From Nitrospirota bacterium (GTDB lineage: Bacteria; Nitrospirota; UBA9217): a stretch of 64,000 nt of DNA. The notes below the pieces were generated by a model that searched no databases, was not told the DNA's origin, and worked only from the letters and a program-made list of their open reading frames with translations. Below are positions 1 to 10,550 of the stretch, in pieces. The translations under genes were made by a program, and so were the position numbers. Positions within the stretch are counted from its first letter, which is position 1. Each line of letters begins with the position of its first letter. The stretch is taken from assembly GCA_963840455.1 (NCBI GenBank), contig CAWIYV010000009.1, positions 376,712-440,711 on the forward strand, written 5' to 3'.

Positions 1-582
1 GCGCAAAAGACCGAAGTATCTTACGACAGCATCTACCTTGTGATCCTTCAATGCCTTCACCACTTCGTCTTGGAAGAGCCTTCTAATCGAGGCATTTTGA
101 AACGTACTGATTACAAGGATCTTTTCGGGATGCCCTTGATATGTCTCATCCTTCCACATAGAGGAGAATTTCGTCGACGTGGATGCGCACGCAAGGAAGA
201 TAAACAACATGATGAACGCAGCGAATCGTATGGATAATCTTAAAATTCTCATTTTCCGATGCTCCTTACTTTATAACATAGGGTTTCCCTGAAGAGGCGA
301 CACGATTGACTATAACACAAGACGCCGACAATTTCAAACAGCAGAAACATAAGCGGACAATTCCTGCCCAGAAATGTCACTTTATGATATAGTTACTAAT
401 AAGAACTGTTTCTGATGCATGAGAAGGGGGAATAACAAATGACGATATCAAGGATTTTATCTATATTCGGTATCTTGTTTTTCCTTTTCTTGATTGCGGT
501 TCCAGACACTTCGGCAACATGCACCTGAGTTTGGACAGTTAGCTTAGAGCAATCGGACAGGGTGCTTTTTGATTCAAGTTTA

Positions 583-1555
583 TCAGCTTTGCCTCGTACT
601 CAGCAGGCGGAACGTAATCCAGTGAAGCTTGCAGCACGCTTTCTGATTATACACTTGTTCGTTGAGTGGACGCTCGTACGAGAACGTCTCAGTGCGGTAT
701 GCTAAAGATGAGACCACTTCGGTCTTGAAGGTTTGCAAAAGATTTGCAAATGCGTTGTCGCAAAAAGTGCCCTTCGGAGACGCAGATCTGAAACCGGGCT
801 GCGATGGACTGTAATTGCATGAGCTAGCAGAACTCGACACCGCGCTTCGAATGTGAACGCGTCGTGCAGGAGGGTTTCTGCTCTGAATCGCCATCCGAAG
901 CGCTGAGAGGCTCAAGGATGTGTCGATAGTCCGCGAGAGGGCATATCCGATCGCCTTCCGCGAACAGAGGTCCAGATTGACCGCCAGGTATACAAAGCCG
1001 ACTGCAATCCGGATATAGGTGATATCGGCAACCCATACCTGATTGAGGCTGGTTACCTGCAGGTCTTTGGTCAGGTTCGGATATACGGGATAAGGATGGT
1101 TGCTGTCAGTGGTTTTGACAAACTGCTTGGTATTCGTGACCAAGAGGCCCTTTTCCCGCATGATCCGGTGTACTTTCTTGTGGTTTACCGGGATGTCTTT
1201 CCGGTGCAGTTCACGGGTGACTTTCCGATACCCGTATTTCGGGAACTCTTCGGTGATCTCGTTCGAATCCGGTTGCCAGGGCCTGGTCCTCAAGGGAAAG
1301 CTCCTGGCTCTTGGAATGGTAATAATAGCTGCTTCGAGGGAGCTTCATGAGTTCGCATCCCCTCGTGACGGTTTTGATAAGGTCTCGATGGTAGGCAATG
1401 AATTGCCTTTTTTCCGGGACTGATCGAAGCTTTGATGCAGCGCTTTTTTTAAAAACTGTTTTCGAGATGAGCTTTTCGAAGCTTGCTAAAATTATGCAAT
1501 GCGTGCTTAAAAAGCTGCTTCCTTGGCGGAATAGGCTGCGAGCTGTATTTGACAT
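583..1555 (-). mobile_element. Degraded IS3-family transposase (OrfB-like remnant)
   Basis: Overlapping frames give LPRSSYYY, YGYRKV...VNHKKVHRIMRE, TTDSNH...PNL and NQVWVADITYI...FVYLAV, typical of IS3 OrfB. Multiple frameshifts; the C-terminus decays. Confidence 0.85.
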
Positions 1556-2336
1556 ACTGCTTTATCAATGATGCAGAACTCAGACACGGCTATGTCTGCG
1601 GCAGGCGGACTCCGATAACCCAGCAGATTTCGTGTACAACTTGAATATAGCAATTCGGTCTTTAAACTCTGCAATCGAAGCACTAGGCGCCTGCACTGGT
1701 GCGCCCTAACTATGTAATAATTGGATCTAACGTCAGGGGGTGTTCTGGCAGACCGAACTCGCAGATCTTAACGCAAACGTGAGTGCGCGGTGAATACGGG
1801 AAAAATTTTTTCGTTTCAAGTTAGTCGATCTCGATACACAGGAGGTCGTTGCGGTATCCAGCGAGACACCAATTATCCGTCGGGGACTACCCCAATCTGG
1901 TCCGATTGTACTTCCAATTATCATCCCAACTCGTTAGTAGGGTAAGATATCGCTATCATCCCTAAAAGCCCATCGCCACATTAGATGCTGGCGGTTCCTT
2001 CCGGGCCATCATGCCTTTGGCGGCTTCAAACCCTGCCAACTCTCTCGCCAACTTCGCCTCTGCGAATGCACAGATAACGGCGCTGTCAAGGTTGTCCCAC
2101 ACGACGCCTGCAACTCTTTTGTTACTTCCTGTATGCCCTAAAAATACCTCATCTATTACCAATAATCATTCTCGCATAGCAGGCGCAACAATGCGCCTCG
2201 ATTGCATCCCGGCGCGTGAGCTTGATCCCGTTCTTCAGCGGCCGTGATCAGCCTTACCATCTACACAAGACATAAGACCTCACTAAAGGACGGTATTGGA
2301 CTAACAGAACGATCAGGGAGGGGACATTATGACAAT

Positions 2337-2363
2337 AAAAAAGCCCCTGTTTTCAAGGGGCTT
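2337..2363 (-). terminator. Intrinsic terminator downstream of tRNA-Met
   Basis: Stem AAGCCCCT/AGGGGCTT (2341-2348/2356-2363) followed by a T-run on the minus strand. Confidence 0.7.
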
Positions 2364-2396
2364 ATGTACTGCATTGAACTTTGTTGAATAATTAAA

Positions 2397-2472
2397 TGGT
2401 GGCGGTGCAGGGACTCGAACCCCGGACACAGGGATTATGATTCCCCTGCTCTACCAGCTGAGCTACACCGCC
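2397..2472 (-). tRNA. tRNA with CAT anticodon (probably elongator tRNA-Met)
   Basis: Reverse complement GGCGGTGTAGCTCAGCTGGTAGAGCAGGGGAATCATAATCCCTGTGTCCGGGGTTCGAGTCCCTGCACCGCCACCA forms a 76-nt cloverleaf with encoded CCA. G1:C72 is paired, so it is not the initiator. Confidence 0.93.
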
Positions 2473-2567
2473 ACGGGTGAATTTGATAGGTGGTCAAAAT
2501 ACTCAATTACGGCTTTTTTGTCAAGAAAAACCGTCGCCGCGCCCTTTGTATCGGGGGAGGCCGGGGG

Positions 2568-3206
2568 CTATTCCTTGAACCGGGTCTCTTCCTTCTGGAT
2601 CTTCTCCATCTCTTCCTTCTGGGTCTTGCACTCGATGCAGTACCGGGCAAGGGGATTGACCTCGAGCCGTTTGATGCTGATCTCTCCGCCGCACTCCTCG
2701 CAGACGCCGTACGTATTGTTCTGGAGCTTGCGGAATGCGTCGGCGATGTCCTTGTATTGCTCGTACTTCATCTCGAGCAGCGAGTAGTCGATCCCCTGGT
2801 CCACGTCCTGGGACGACTGGTCGGCGCTGTCCATGGCTGAGTCGATCTTCTGGCCGGTCTCAAGCGTCAGCTTGCGGCCCATCTGGGCCTCCAGGCCGCG
2901 CACCACTTCGTTCCGCTTCTTGAGAAGCAGCCCCTTGAGCACGTCCTTCCGTTTGTTCACGGCGGCGGACATCTTTGCCGGGGCGGCCGCTGCGGCCTTC
3001 GGGGCGGCCTTTGGCTTCTTGGTGGCGGTCCGTTTTACGGCCTTCTTCGCGGCTTTCTTTCCTGTTTTATTTGCCGTTCTTGTCACGGCTTTTTTTAACG
3101 TCTTTTTCTTCGCTGCTTTCTTTGCGGAGGCGCGTGCAGGTCTCTTGACCGATTTCTTTCCTTTGGTCGTTGCCGCCTTCTTCTTTGCTTTCTTTTTTAC
3201 CGCCAT
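2568..3206 (-). CDS. dksA: DksA/TraR C4 zinc-finger protein with Lys/Ala-rich N-terminal extension
   Basis: DSADQS coiled-coil tip and YGVCEECG...RL...P.ARYCIECK finger. Start placed at MAVKKK behind an SD-like GGAGG. Confidence 0.8.
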   Translation of the reverse strand: MAVKKKAKKKAATTKGKKSVKRPARASAKKAAKKKTLKKAVTRTANKTGKKAAKKAVKRTATKKPKAAPKAAAAAPAKMSAAVNKRKDVLKGLLLKKRNEVVRGLEAQMGRKLTLETGQKIDSAMDSADQSSQDVDQGIDYSLLEMKYEQYKDIADAFRKLQNNTYGVCEECGGEISIKRLEVNPLARYCIECKTQKEEMEKIQKEETRFKE

Positions 3207-3467
3207 GATCCTTTTCTTCCTCCTGACCCTTATGCGTGTGGCAGAATGATAGTGCAGATGTGGCGCTGCAGGCCGCTTCGCCATTTTTTGAATGCCGGAT
3301 ATTATAGTAAGCTATGATGGTAAATTCAAGATAATTTATCAGGGTCTGCAAGAAAAATGACCTGCCTGCAGATCCGGCTGTTGCCAGGTTCAGTCAAGAA
3401 TATAATGGCTAAGTATCTGGAATTCTGGTACTATTCGGCACTTAGACCGAGTCGAAGAGAGGGGAAC

Positions 3468-6400
3468 ATGAAAACACTTTTTATTACTGCCTTCCTGATG
3501 CTCTGTTCGTCCTGTGCGGCGCTTGCGGGGGAACGACCGGCCCCAGCACCCATTGAGTGCCGGCTTGATGTCTCTCTTGATATCCCCCGGTCGCTGATCA
3601 GGGGGCGTCTGACCATTCCTGTCAGCGCGGGGAATGCGGTGACCTTCCATACCGGCCAGCTTGTGGTGGGCGGCGTTACGCTGAACGGCAAAGACATACC
3701 TGCGCCTGTCCGGGAAGGGGTCCTCGACATCAGGCCGTCCGAGGACGGCCTGATGGAGGTCCGGTATGAGGGCGTGTTCCAGGGCGGCCAGCCCCAGGGC
3801 GACAGGAACTTCGGGGTCGTATCGAGCACCATCGATGACCGCGGGATCTCGCTCACCGGGACATGGTACCCCCAGCCGTCCGGTCTCGTGCGTTGGAAGC
3901 TCACAGCCCTGCTCCCTGTCGGGTATGAGGCGGTGTCGGAGGCGGACAGGATCGTCAAGGTGAAGAAGGACGGAGGCACCGAGTTCACCTTTGATTTTCC
4001 CCACCCCGTCGACAGTCTCTCCCTGGTTGCCACGGACCGCTACGAGGTGACCCAGGACCGCTTCGGCGACCGCGAGCTCTACGCCTATTTCTTCAAGGAG
4101 GACCGGGAGCTCGCAAAGACCTACTTACAGTACGCCAAAAAGTATTTCGAACTGTACGAGAAGATGCTCACTCCCTATCCCTACAAGCGGTTCTCCATCG
4201 TCGAGAACTTCCTGCCCACCGGCTATTCCATGCCCGCCTTCACCCTCCTGGGACAGGACGTGGTGCGCCTGCCGTTCATCGTGGAGACCTCGCTGGGCCA
4301 CGAGATCCTGCACCAGTGGTTCGGGAACTCGGTGTACGGCGACCGCGAAAAGGGCAACTGGGAGGAGGGCCTGACCACCTACCTTGCGGACCACTGGTAC
4401 GAGGAACAGAAGGGCAGGGGATGGGAGTACCGCAAGCAGCTGCTCGTCAACTACGGGGCGTACGTGAACAGCTCGAACGAATTTCCCCTCAGCGAGTTCA
4501 GGAGCAGGACCGACCTTCCTTCGCGCTCCATCGGCTACGGAAAGGCGGCCATGGTCTTCCACCTGCTCCGGACCATGACGGGCGACGAGACGTTCTTCGG
4601 GGCGCTCAAGGACCTCATCGGGCAGCGGCAGTTCACTGCCGCGTCATGGGACGACATCAAGGACGTCTTCGAAAAGCGGTCCGGCAGGGACCTGTCGCCG
4701 TTCTTCCATCAGTGGCTCAAGGAGAAGGGGCTTGTCGATATCCACGTGGAGAGCTCGTCGGTCCGGAGGAAAGGGGGGAAGTTCGAGCTGACGATTATTG
4801 TTGTGCGGAAGAACAGTACCGTCGCCATCGACCTGCCCCTGACCCTGCTGTTCCTGCAGGGCGGCGAGAAGAAGATGTCGGTCACGCTGGATGCTGAGCG
4901 GAAGGAGATCATGCTCCTTGTCGACGACGAACCTGCCTACGTGGTGTTTGACCGTGATTATGATCTCCCGAGGACGCTGACGGGGGATGAGATGCCGCCG
5001 GTCGTCGCGCGGCTGCTCGGTGACGAACGGCCGATCATCGTCGTAGAGGAAGCGGGCATTCCGGTGTACCAGGCGGTCATCGTGGGTTTTGCACGGGAAC
5101 AGGCTCAGAACAACGAAAAGAAGATGGATGGAACCGGGAAGCGTCTGACCGATGCGGACCTCAAGGCGTCGTCGGTCGTCATCCTTGGTGCGGACAATCC
5201 GCTGGTCAACAAGCTGTTCGGCGCTGTTCCCGCTCCGGCCGCGGGGTTCAGCCTTGAGGTCCGGACGAACCCGTGGAACGCCGGCAAGGTCGTCGGGATC
5301 TTCAACGCCCGTTCTGCGGAGGAGGCCGCGGCAGCATTCCCGAAGATAGCGCATTACGGGAAGTACAGCAGCCTTGCCTTCGACAAGGGAAGGAACATCG
5401 ACAAGAAGATCTCCACGGCCGAGCGCGGGATCATCGTTGCCTTCCGCGAGGAGCCAGCGGTCGTTGATCTCTCGCTGATGAAGAAACTCTCCAACGTGAC
5501 GGAGGCAGCTGCTGCCAAGAAGATCGTCTACCTGGGCGAATACCACGACCGGTTCAGCCACCACAACATCGAGCTCGAGATCATCCGGGACCTGCACAAG
5601 AAGGACCCGAGGCTCGCCATTGGGATGGAGATGTTCCAGCGGCCCTTCCAGAACACGCTGGACGACTATGTCAACGGCGCCATCGACGAGCGCGAGTTCC
5701 TGAACCGGTCCGAGTATTTTGGGCGCTGGGGGTTCGATTACAACCTCTACAAGCCCATCCTTGATTTCGCGCGGCAGGAGCGCGTGCCGGTGGTCGCCCT
5801 TAATATAAGGAAGGAAATCACCGAGAAGGTATCGAAGGAGGGCATGGACGCCCTGACCGATGATGAACGGAAGGAGCTGCCGCGCGAGACAGACTTCGCT
5901 GACGAGGACTACCGGCACCGCATCCGGCAGGCCTTCGACCAGCACAAGGGGCAGAGCGAGAAGAACTTCGATTTCTTCCTCCAGGCCCAGGTGCTCTGGG
6001 ACGAGACCATGGCGGAATCCATCGACGAGTACCTCAAAAAGAACCCGGACCGCCGGATTGCGGTCATTGCCGGCGGTGGCCATCTGGCCTATGGCAACGG
6101 CATTCCGAAGCGGGCCTTCCGGCGGAACAACCTCCCGTACACCATCATCCTGAACGATGCGGAGATCGAGCGGGACATCGCGGACTTCATCATCTTCCCG
6201 CAGCCCCTCAACGGCATGACCGCGCCGAAGCTGCTTACCACCTTCAAAGAGGACAAGGGGAGGCTTGTGATCAACGATTTCGTGCAGGAAAGCCCGGCGA
6301 AGGCTGCGGGGCTCAGGTCAGGTGACGGGATCATATCCCTGGACGGCGTGCCGGTGACATCCCTGCAGGATATCAAGGAGGCCCTTTTTTACAAGGACAA

Positions 6401-6482
6401 AGGTGATATAATGAAGATCAAGGTTATCCGGAAGCGGTTCCTTCTGGGCGAAAAAGAGATGGAGTTCGAGGTAAAGCTGTAG
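3468..6482 (+). CDS. Exported M1 aminopeptidase + ChaN-like domain + PDZ fusion
   Basis: Signal peptide; HEILH...WEEG zinc motif; IVYLGEYHD...AIGMEMF...QVLWDETMA (ChaN-like); C-terminal SPAKAAGLRSGD PDZ. Confidence 0.85.
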   Translation: MKTLFITAFLMLCSSCAALAGERPAPAPIECRLDVSLDIPRSLIRGRLTIPVSAGNAVTFHTGQLVVGGVTLNGKDIPAPVREGVLDIRPSEDGLMEVRYEGVFQGGQPQGDRNFGVVSSTIDDRGISLTGTWYPQPSGLVRWKLTALLPVGYEAVSEADRIVKVKKDGGTEFTFDFPHPVDSLSLVATDRYEVTQDRFGDRELYAYFFKEDRELAKTYLQYAKKYFELYEKMLTPYPYKRFSIVENFLPTGYSMPAFTLLGQDVVRLPFIVETSLGHEILHQWFGNSVYGDREKGNWEEGLTTYLADHWYEEQKGRGWEYRKQLLVNYGAYVNSSNEFPLSEFRSRTDLPSRSIGYGKAAMVFHLLRTMTGDETFFGALKDLIGQRQFTAASWDDIKDVFEKRSGRDLSPFFHQWLKEKGLVDIHVESSSVRRKGGKFELTIIVVRKNSTVAIDLPLTLLFLQGGEKKMSVTLDAERKEIMLLVDDEPAYVVFDRDYDLPRTLTGDEMPPVVARLLGDERPIIVVEEAGIPVYQAVIVGFAREQAQNNEKKMDGTGKRLTDADLKASSVVILGADNPLVNKLFGAVPAPAAGFSLEVRTNPWNAGKVVGIFNARSAEEAAAAFPKIAHYGKYSSLAFDKGRNIDKKISTAERGIIVAFREEPAVVDLSLMKKLSNVTEAAAAKKIVYLGEYHDRFSHHNIELEIIRDLHKKDPRLAIGMEMFQRPFQNTLDDYVNGAIDEREFLNRSEYFGRWGFDYNLYKPILDFARQERVPVVALNIRKEITEKVSKEGMDALTDDERKELPRETDFADEDYRHRIRQAFDQHKGQSEKNFDFFLQAQVLWDETMAESIDEYLKKNPDRRIAVIAGGGHLAYGNGIPKRAFRRNNLPYTIILNDAEIERDIADFIIFPQPLNGMTAPKLLTTFKEDKGRLVINDFVQESPAKAAGLRSGDGIISLDGVPVTSLQDIKEALFYKDKGDIMKIKVIRKRFLLGEKEMEFEVKL

Positions 6483-6486
6483 GGAA

Positions 6487-6617
6487 CGGTTGAGAGGCAG
6501 ACGCGAAGCAGTCGAAAGGCAGTCATGGAACAGTCGAGAAACAGTCGTCAGGCAGTCAACTGCTTTATGGCTGCAGCATGACTGCTGCTTGACCGCCCTT
6601 CGACCACCGTTCGACCG
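6487..6617. repeat. Palindromic array of 11-bp-phased CAGTC-like units
   Basis: Seven forward cores at 6487, 6498, 6509, 6520, 6531, 6542, 6553 and six inverted cores at 6558, 6569, 6580, 6591, 6602, 6613. Confidence 0.85.
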
Positions 6618-6669
6618 CAATATGATTCACATCATAGCTGTTCCTGGGCGGAAAGAGTAGGGTAAGACC

Positions 6670-6918
6670 ATGGGATTGTTCAGTGAAGGCTGCCCCGGCA
6701 GCTCAGAGATCCGCACCCCGAAGCCGGAAGAGATCCGTTGCCAAAAGTGCGGCGAAAAGATGGAGATCTGGACCGACGAGCCGGACTCGGCTTGCAAGAA
6801 GTGCGGCCACATCAATGCCCGGCCCATGGGCACGTCTTGCGTCGAGTGGTGCGCCTTCGCCAAGGACTGCGTCGGCGCGGAGAAGTACGATCGACTGATG
6901 AAGGCCGCGAAGAAGTAA
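6670..6918 (+). CDS. Small Cys-rich zinc-ribbon protein
   Basis: CPGS, CQKC, CKKC and SCVEWCAFAKDC motifs in 82 aa. Confidence 0.75.
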   Translation: MGLFSEGCPGSSEIRTPKPEEIRCQKCGEKMEIWTDEPDSACKKCGHINARPMGTSCVEWCAFAKDCVGAEKYDRLMKAAKK

Positions 6919-7102
6919 ACCGGTTCGCATCCCGCCTGTTCCGTTCATCATACCCCCTGCGAGCCACATGAACACGACCTTGCGTGCCTCACTCAAGGAT
7001 ACGGAAATCCCTTGATTTATAGGAGTGATTGTTCTATTATTGTCCGGCCATGAGGCGCTTGTTAGCGCCATTCAGGCAATCTGATCGAGGAGGACCACCC
7101 AG

Positions 7103-7327
7103 GTGCCAAAGAAGAAGGTCACGCAGGAAGAGCTCGCAGCGAAGATCGGGAAGTTGAAAGAGAAGGCGAAGGTGGCAAAGGAAAAGACGGCCGGAAAGAA
7201 GTCCGACCCGGCAGTGCGCAAGGCAAAGAAAAAAGTGAAGCGCGCCCAGCGGAAGCTCCGGACCGCCAAGGCTTACAAGACCGGCGGCAAGAAAACGAAA
7301 AAGGCCGAGGCCCCGGCAACGGCGTAG
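7103..7327 (+). CDS. Small Lys-rich basic protein
   Basis: GAGGAGG RBS, GTG start, very basic 74-aa product. Confidence 0.65.
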   Translation: MPKKKVTQEELAAKIGKLKEKAKVAKEKTAGKKSDPAVRKAKKKVKRAQRKLRTAKAYKTGGKKTKKAEAPATA

Positions 7328-7349
7328 CATTGGTCAGCGGTACCCCTCG

Positions 7350-8039
7350 ATGAAACTGGCCGCCGTTTGTATATCCATTCTCTGCGCCGTGCCTGTCATC
7401 GTGTCCTGTGCGGGCAAAGCGCCGCTTCCGGCGGCACCGGCCGTTCCTGAGAGGCCGGCGGCACCGGCAGCCGCGGCCGCGCCTGCATTGACGCCGGAGC
7501 AGGTCTACCGGGAGACAGGAACGGCCTCCTGGTACGGCAGGGAGCTCCAGGGCAGGAGAATGGCGGACGGAGGGACCTTCGATATGGATGGTCTTTCGGC
7601 CGCCCACCGCATCCTGCCTCTCGGAACGGTCATCCGCGTCACCAACCTCGACAATTACAAAACCACCAACGTCAGGGTCAGCGACCGCGGTCCCTTTGTG
7701 CGGTCCCGCATCATAGAGCTATCCTATGGGGCCGCGAAAGAACTGGAGTTTGTCCCACAGGGTACGGCGCGCGTCAGGATCGAGACCCTCGAGCCCGTCA
7801 GGGGCGATGCGGTCTACACGGTCCAGGCCGCCGCCTTCGTGGAAGAGGAGAACGCGAAGCTGCTCAAGGAGCGGCTCCAGAGGAAGTATGAAACAGTGTA
7901 CATCACTTCCTTCGAGTCGAATGTCGGCAAGTTCTACCGCGTCCGTGTCGGCGCATACCATAGCGAGGAGAAGGCCGAGCGCGTGGCCGTCAAACTGACG
8001 CTGGACGGGCTGGAGCCGGTAGTGGTAAGGAAAGATTGA
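7350..8039 (+). CDS. rlpA: RlpA-family lytic transglycosylase lipoprotein with SPOR domain
   Basis: Lipobox-like VSC; GTASWYG...AAHRILPLGT...V.DRGPF; C-terminal YTVQAAAF...YRVRVG SPOR domain. Confidence 0.9.
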   Translation: MKLAAVCISILCAVPVIVSCAGKAPLPAAPAVPERPAAPAAAAAPALTPEQVYRETGTASWYGRELQGRRMADGGTFDMDGLSAAHRILPLGTVIRVTNLDNYKTTNVRVSDRGPFVRSRIIELSYGAAKELEFVPQGTARVRIETLEPVRGDAVYTVQAAAFVEEENAKLLKERLQRKYETVYITSFESNVGKFYRVRVGAYHSEEKAERVAVKLTLDGLEPVVVRKD

Positions 8040-8080
8040 CGCGGGGACACGGGGACGGGGCGACACGGGGAAAAGGCGCT

Positions 8081-9574
8081 ATGAAGATAACGGTAAAGAC
8101 CGGCAAAGTGGAAATGCTGCGGACCGATGCCGCGGTCATCATGGTCATTGAAGGAGAGAAGCTCGGTTCAGCCGCGGCGCGGGTGGACAAGGCGCTGGGC
8201 GGCATGGTCCAGAAGCTCCTGAAGCGCGGCGACCTCAGCGCAAAGGCCGGCAGTGTCGGAATGCTCTATCCCGATGGCAGGATCGCGGCCGAGCGGCTGA
8301 TCGTTGCCGGTCTCGGCAAACGGTCCGAGTTTTCGGCGGACAAGCTCCGTCTCGCGGCGGGCAAAGCAGCCGCTGCTGCGCGCGGAGCCGGTGCGAAGAA
8401 CGTCGCCATCGTGATCGATGGGTTCACGCTTGACCAAGAGGAAACCGGGCAGGCGCTGGCCGAGGGCGCCACGCTCGGTCTGTACCGGTTCTTGAAGTAT
8501 AAGACATCTAAGATAGAAGAGAACAAGGGGAAGAAGGACATTGCCTCCATCACGGTGCTTTCGGAGAAGGCCTCGGCAATCAAGGCCCTCGCGAAGGGAA
8601 TCCGGACAGGCGAGATCATCGCGGCCTCGGCCTCGCTGGCCCGAGACATGGTCAATGCGCCGCCAGCGGACATGACACCCGCGGTCATCGCCGGGATCGC
8701 CCGGAACCTGGGCCGGAAGCACCGGCTGAAGGTCCGCGTCCTGGAGCGGGACGCCATGCGGAAGCTCGGCATGGGCGGGCTCCTGGGCGTGGCCTCGGGC
8801 AGCGCCCAGCCGCCCAAGTTTATTATCGTCGAGTACCGGGGCGGCGGGAAGAAGCCCTTCATCGCGCTGGTCGGCAAGACCATCACCTTTGATTCCGGCG
8901 GCATCTCCATCAAACCGTCGGAGAACATGGACAAGATGAAGGACGACATGAGCGGCGGCGCGGCGGTGCTCGGCGCCATCACGAACGCGGCGGCGCTCCG
9001 GCTTCCGCTCAACCTCGTGGCGCTCCTGCCAGCCACGGAGAACATGCCGAGCGGGACCGCTTTGAAGCCCGGCGACGTGCTCCGGACGATGTCAGGCCAG
9101 ACCATCGAGATCCTGAATACCGATGCCGAGGGAAGGCTCATCCTTGCCGACGCCTTAGTCTACGCCTGCCGATATAAGCCTGCGGTGATCGTGGACATCG
9201 CCACGCTGACCGGCGCCTGCCGGATCGCCCTCGGCCAGGAAGCCTCGGGGATGGTCGGCACCAGCGACCGGTTCAAACAGAAGATGCGCGATGCAGGCGA
9301 GAAGACCGGCGAGCGGGTATGGGAACTGCCGCTCTGGGACGGTTACTGCGACCTCATCAAGAGTGACATCGCTGACATGAAGAACGCGGGTGGGAGGGAC
9401 GGCAGCGTCATCACAGCGGCCTGCCTGCTCTCAAAGTTCGTGCAGAAACACCCCTGGGTCCACCTCGACATCGCCGCCACGGCCTGGACCGACAAGGACC
9501 GGCCCTATACGCCGAAAGGCGCCACAGGCATCGGCGTCCGGCTTCTGACGCAGTTCCTCAGGGATTACAAATAA
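8081..9574 (+). CDS. pepA: Leucyl aminopeptidase (M17)
   Basis: VGKTITFDSGGISIK, MKDDMSG, NTDAEGRLILAD and W.HLDIA motifs. Confidence 0.95.
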   Translation: MKITVKTGKVEMLRTDAAVIMVIEGEKLGSAAARVDKALGGMVQKLLKRGDLSAKAGSVGMLYPDGRIAAERLIVAGLGKRSEFSADKLRLAAGKAAAAARGAGAKNVAIVIDGFTLDQEETGQALAEGATLGLYRFLKYKTSKIEENKGKKDIASITVLSEKASAIKALAKGIRTGEIIAASASLARDMVNAPPADMTPAVIAGIARNLGRKHRLKVRVLERDAMRKLGMGGLLGVASGSAQPPKFIIVEYRGGGKKPFIALVGKTITFDSGGISIKPSENMDKMKDDMSGGAAVLGAITNAAALRLPLNLVALLPATENMPSGTALKPGDVLRTMSGQTIEILNTDAEGRLILADALVYACRYKPAVIVDIATLTGACRIALGQEASGMVGTSDRFKQKMRDAGEKTGERVWELPLWDGYCDLIKSDIADMKNAGGRDGSVITAACLLSKFVQKHPWVHLDIAATAWTDKDRPYTPKGATGIGVRLLTQFLRDYK

Positions 9575-9659
9575 CGTAAAACGTAAGGGGTGGCTCGGGT
9601 CGTGGCCGCTGCTTCGTCGAGCATGGTGTTCATCGTCTCACGTCTCACCTATCACGGAT

Positions 9660-10550
9660 ATGGACCTCCATCAGATCGAGATATTCTGCGCCATCGTCCG
9701 ACACCAGAGCTTCTCCCGCGCCGCCGAAACGCTCTTCCTCACTCAGCCGACGGTGAGCGGCCACATGAAGAACCTCGAGGCCGAGCTTGGCGTGAAGCTG
9801 CTCGACCGCTTGGGCAAGCGGGCCATCCCCACCGAAGCGGGCGATATCCTCTTCCGGCACGGCACGCGGCTGCTCGAAGAGCGTGACCGGGCAAAGCAGG
9901 AGATCGAGCAGCTCACCGGCCGGATCAGCGGCGTCCTGACCATCGGCGGGAGCACCATCCCCGGCGCCTACCTGCTGCCGCCGCTCATCGGTACGTTCAA
10001 GAAGAAGAACCCGGGCATCTCGGTCCATCTGAGCATTGACGACACTGCGAAGATCACCGAGGCCGTTCTGGCCGGCAGCATCCGCATCGGTGTCGTCGGA
10101 GCCCGGCTCTCGGACCCGCAGCTCGAGGTCCATCCTTTTGAGTCCGACGAACTGGTCATCGCGGTGCCCGCACGCCATCCCTGGGCCAGGAAACGGACGG
10201 TCGCACCGCGGGAACTGAAGGGACAGCCATTCATCCTGCGCGAGCAGGGCTCGGGCACCCGCAAGATCATGGAGGACCGCCTGGAGAAGGCGGGCGTCTC
10301 GATCGCCGACCTTGCCATCGAGGCCGTCGTCGGGAGCAGCGACGCGGTCCGGCAGGCGGTCAAGGCCGGGCTCGGCATTTCGATCCTGTCCCTCCGCGCC
10401 CTTGCCGATGACATCGAGGCGGGCCGCCTCGCCGCGGTCCGTGTCGCGGGCGTCAGGATGGAACGGCACTTCTACGTAATCCTGCTCAAGGGCAGGGCTC
10501 GCTCGCCCCTCTCCAAGGCGTTCCTCGATTTCATCCTCAAAAAGGTCTGA
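9660..10550 (+). CDS. LysR-family regulator (CysL-like / selenium-metabolism-associated type)
   Basis: N-terminal HTH SFSRAAETLFLTQPTVSGH; GGSTIPGAYLLP and REQGSGTR in the effector domain; neighbours a YedF-like gene. Confidence 0.9.
   Translation: MDLHQIEIFCAIVRHQSFSRAAETLFLTQPTVSGHMKNLEAELGVKLLDRLGKRAIPTEAGDILFRHGTRLLEERDRAKQEIEQLTGRISGVLTIGGSTIPGAYLLPPLIGTFKKKNPGISVHLSIDDTAKITEAVLAGSIRIGVVGARLSDPQLEVHPFESDELVIAVPARHPWARKRTVAPRELKGQPFILREQGSGTRKIMEDRLEKAGVSIADLAIEAVVGSSDAVRQAVKAGLGISILSLRALADDIEAGRLAAVRVAGVRMERHFYVILLKGRARSPLSKAFLDFILKKV

Noticed and set aside
40-237. Short ORFs at the window start (also 1733-2247)
   Set aside because: No recognisable homology, and the surrounding sequence appears degraded.
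6487-6617. CRISPR array
   Set aside because: The 11-nt period with 5-nt cores and an inverted second half is incompatible with CRISPR repeat-spacer sizes, and there are no cas genes.
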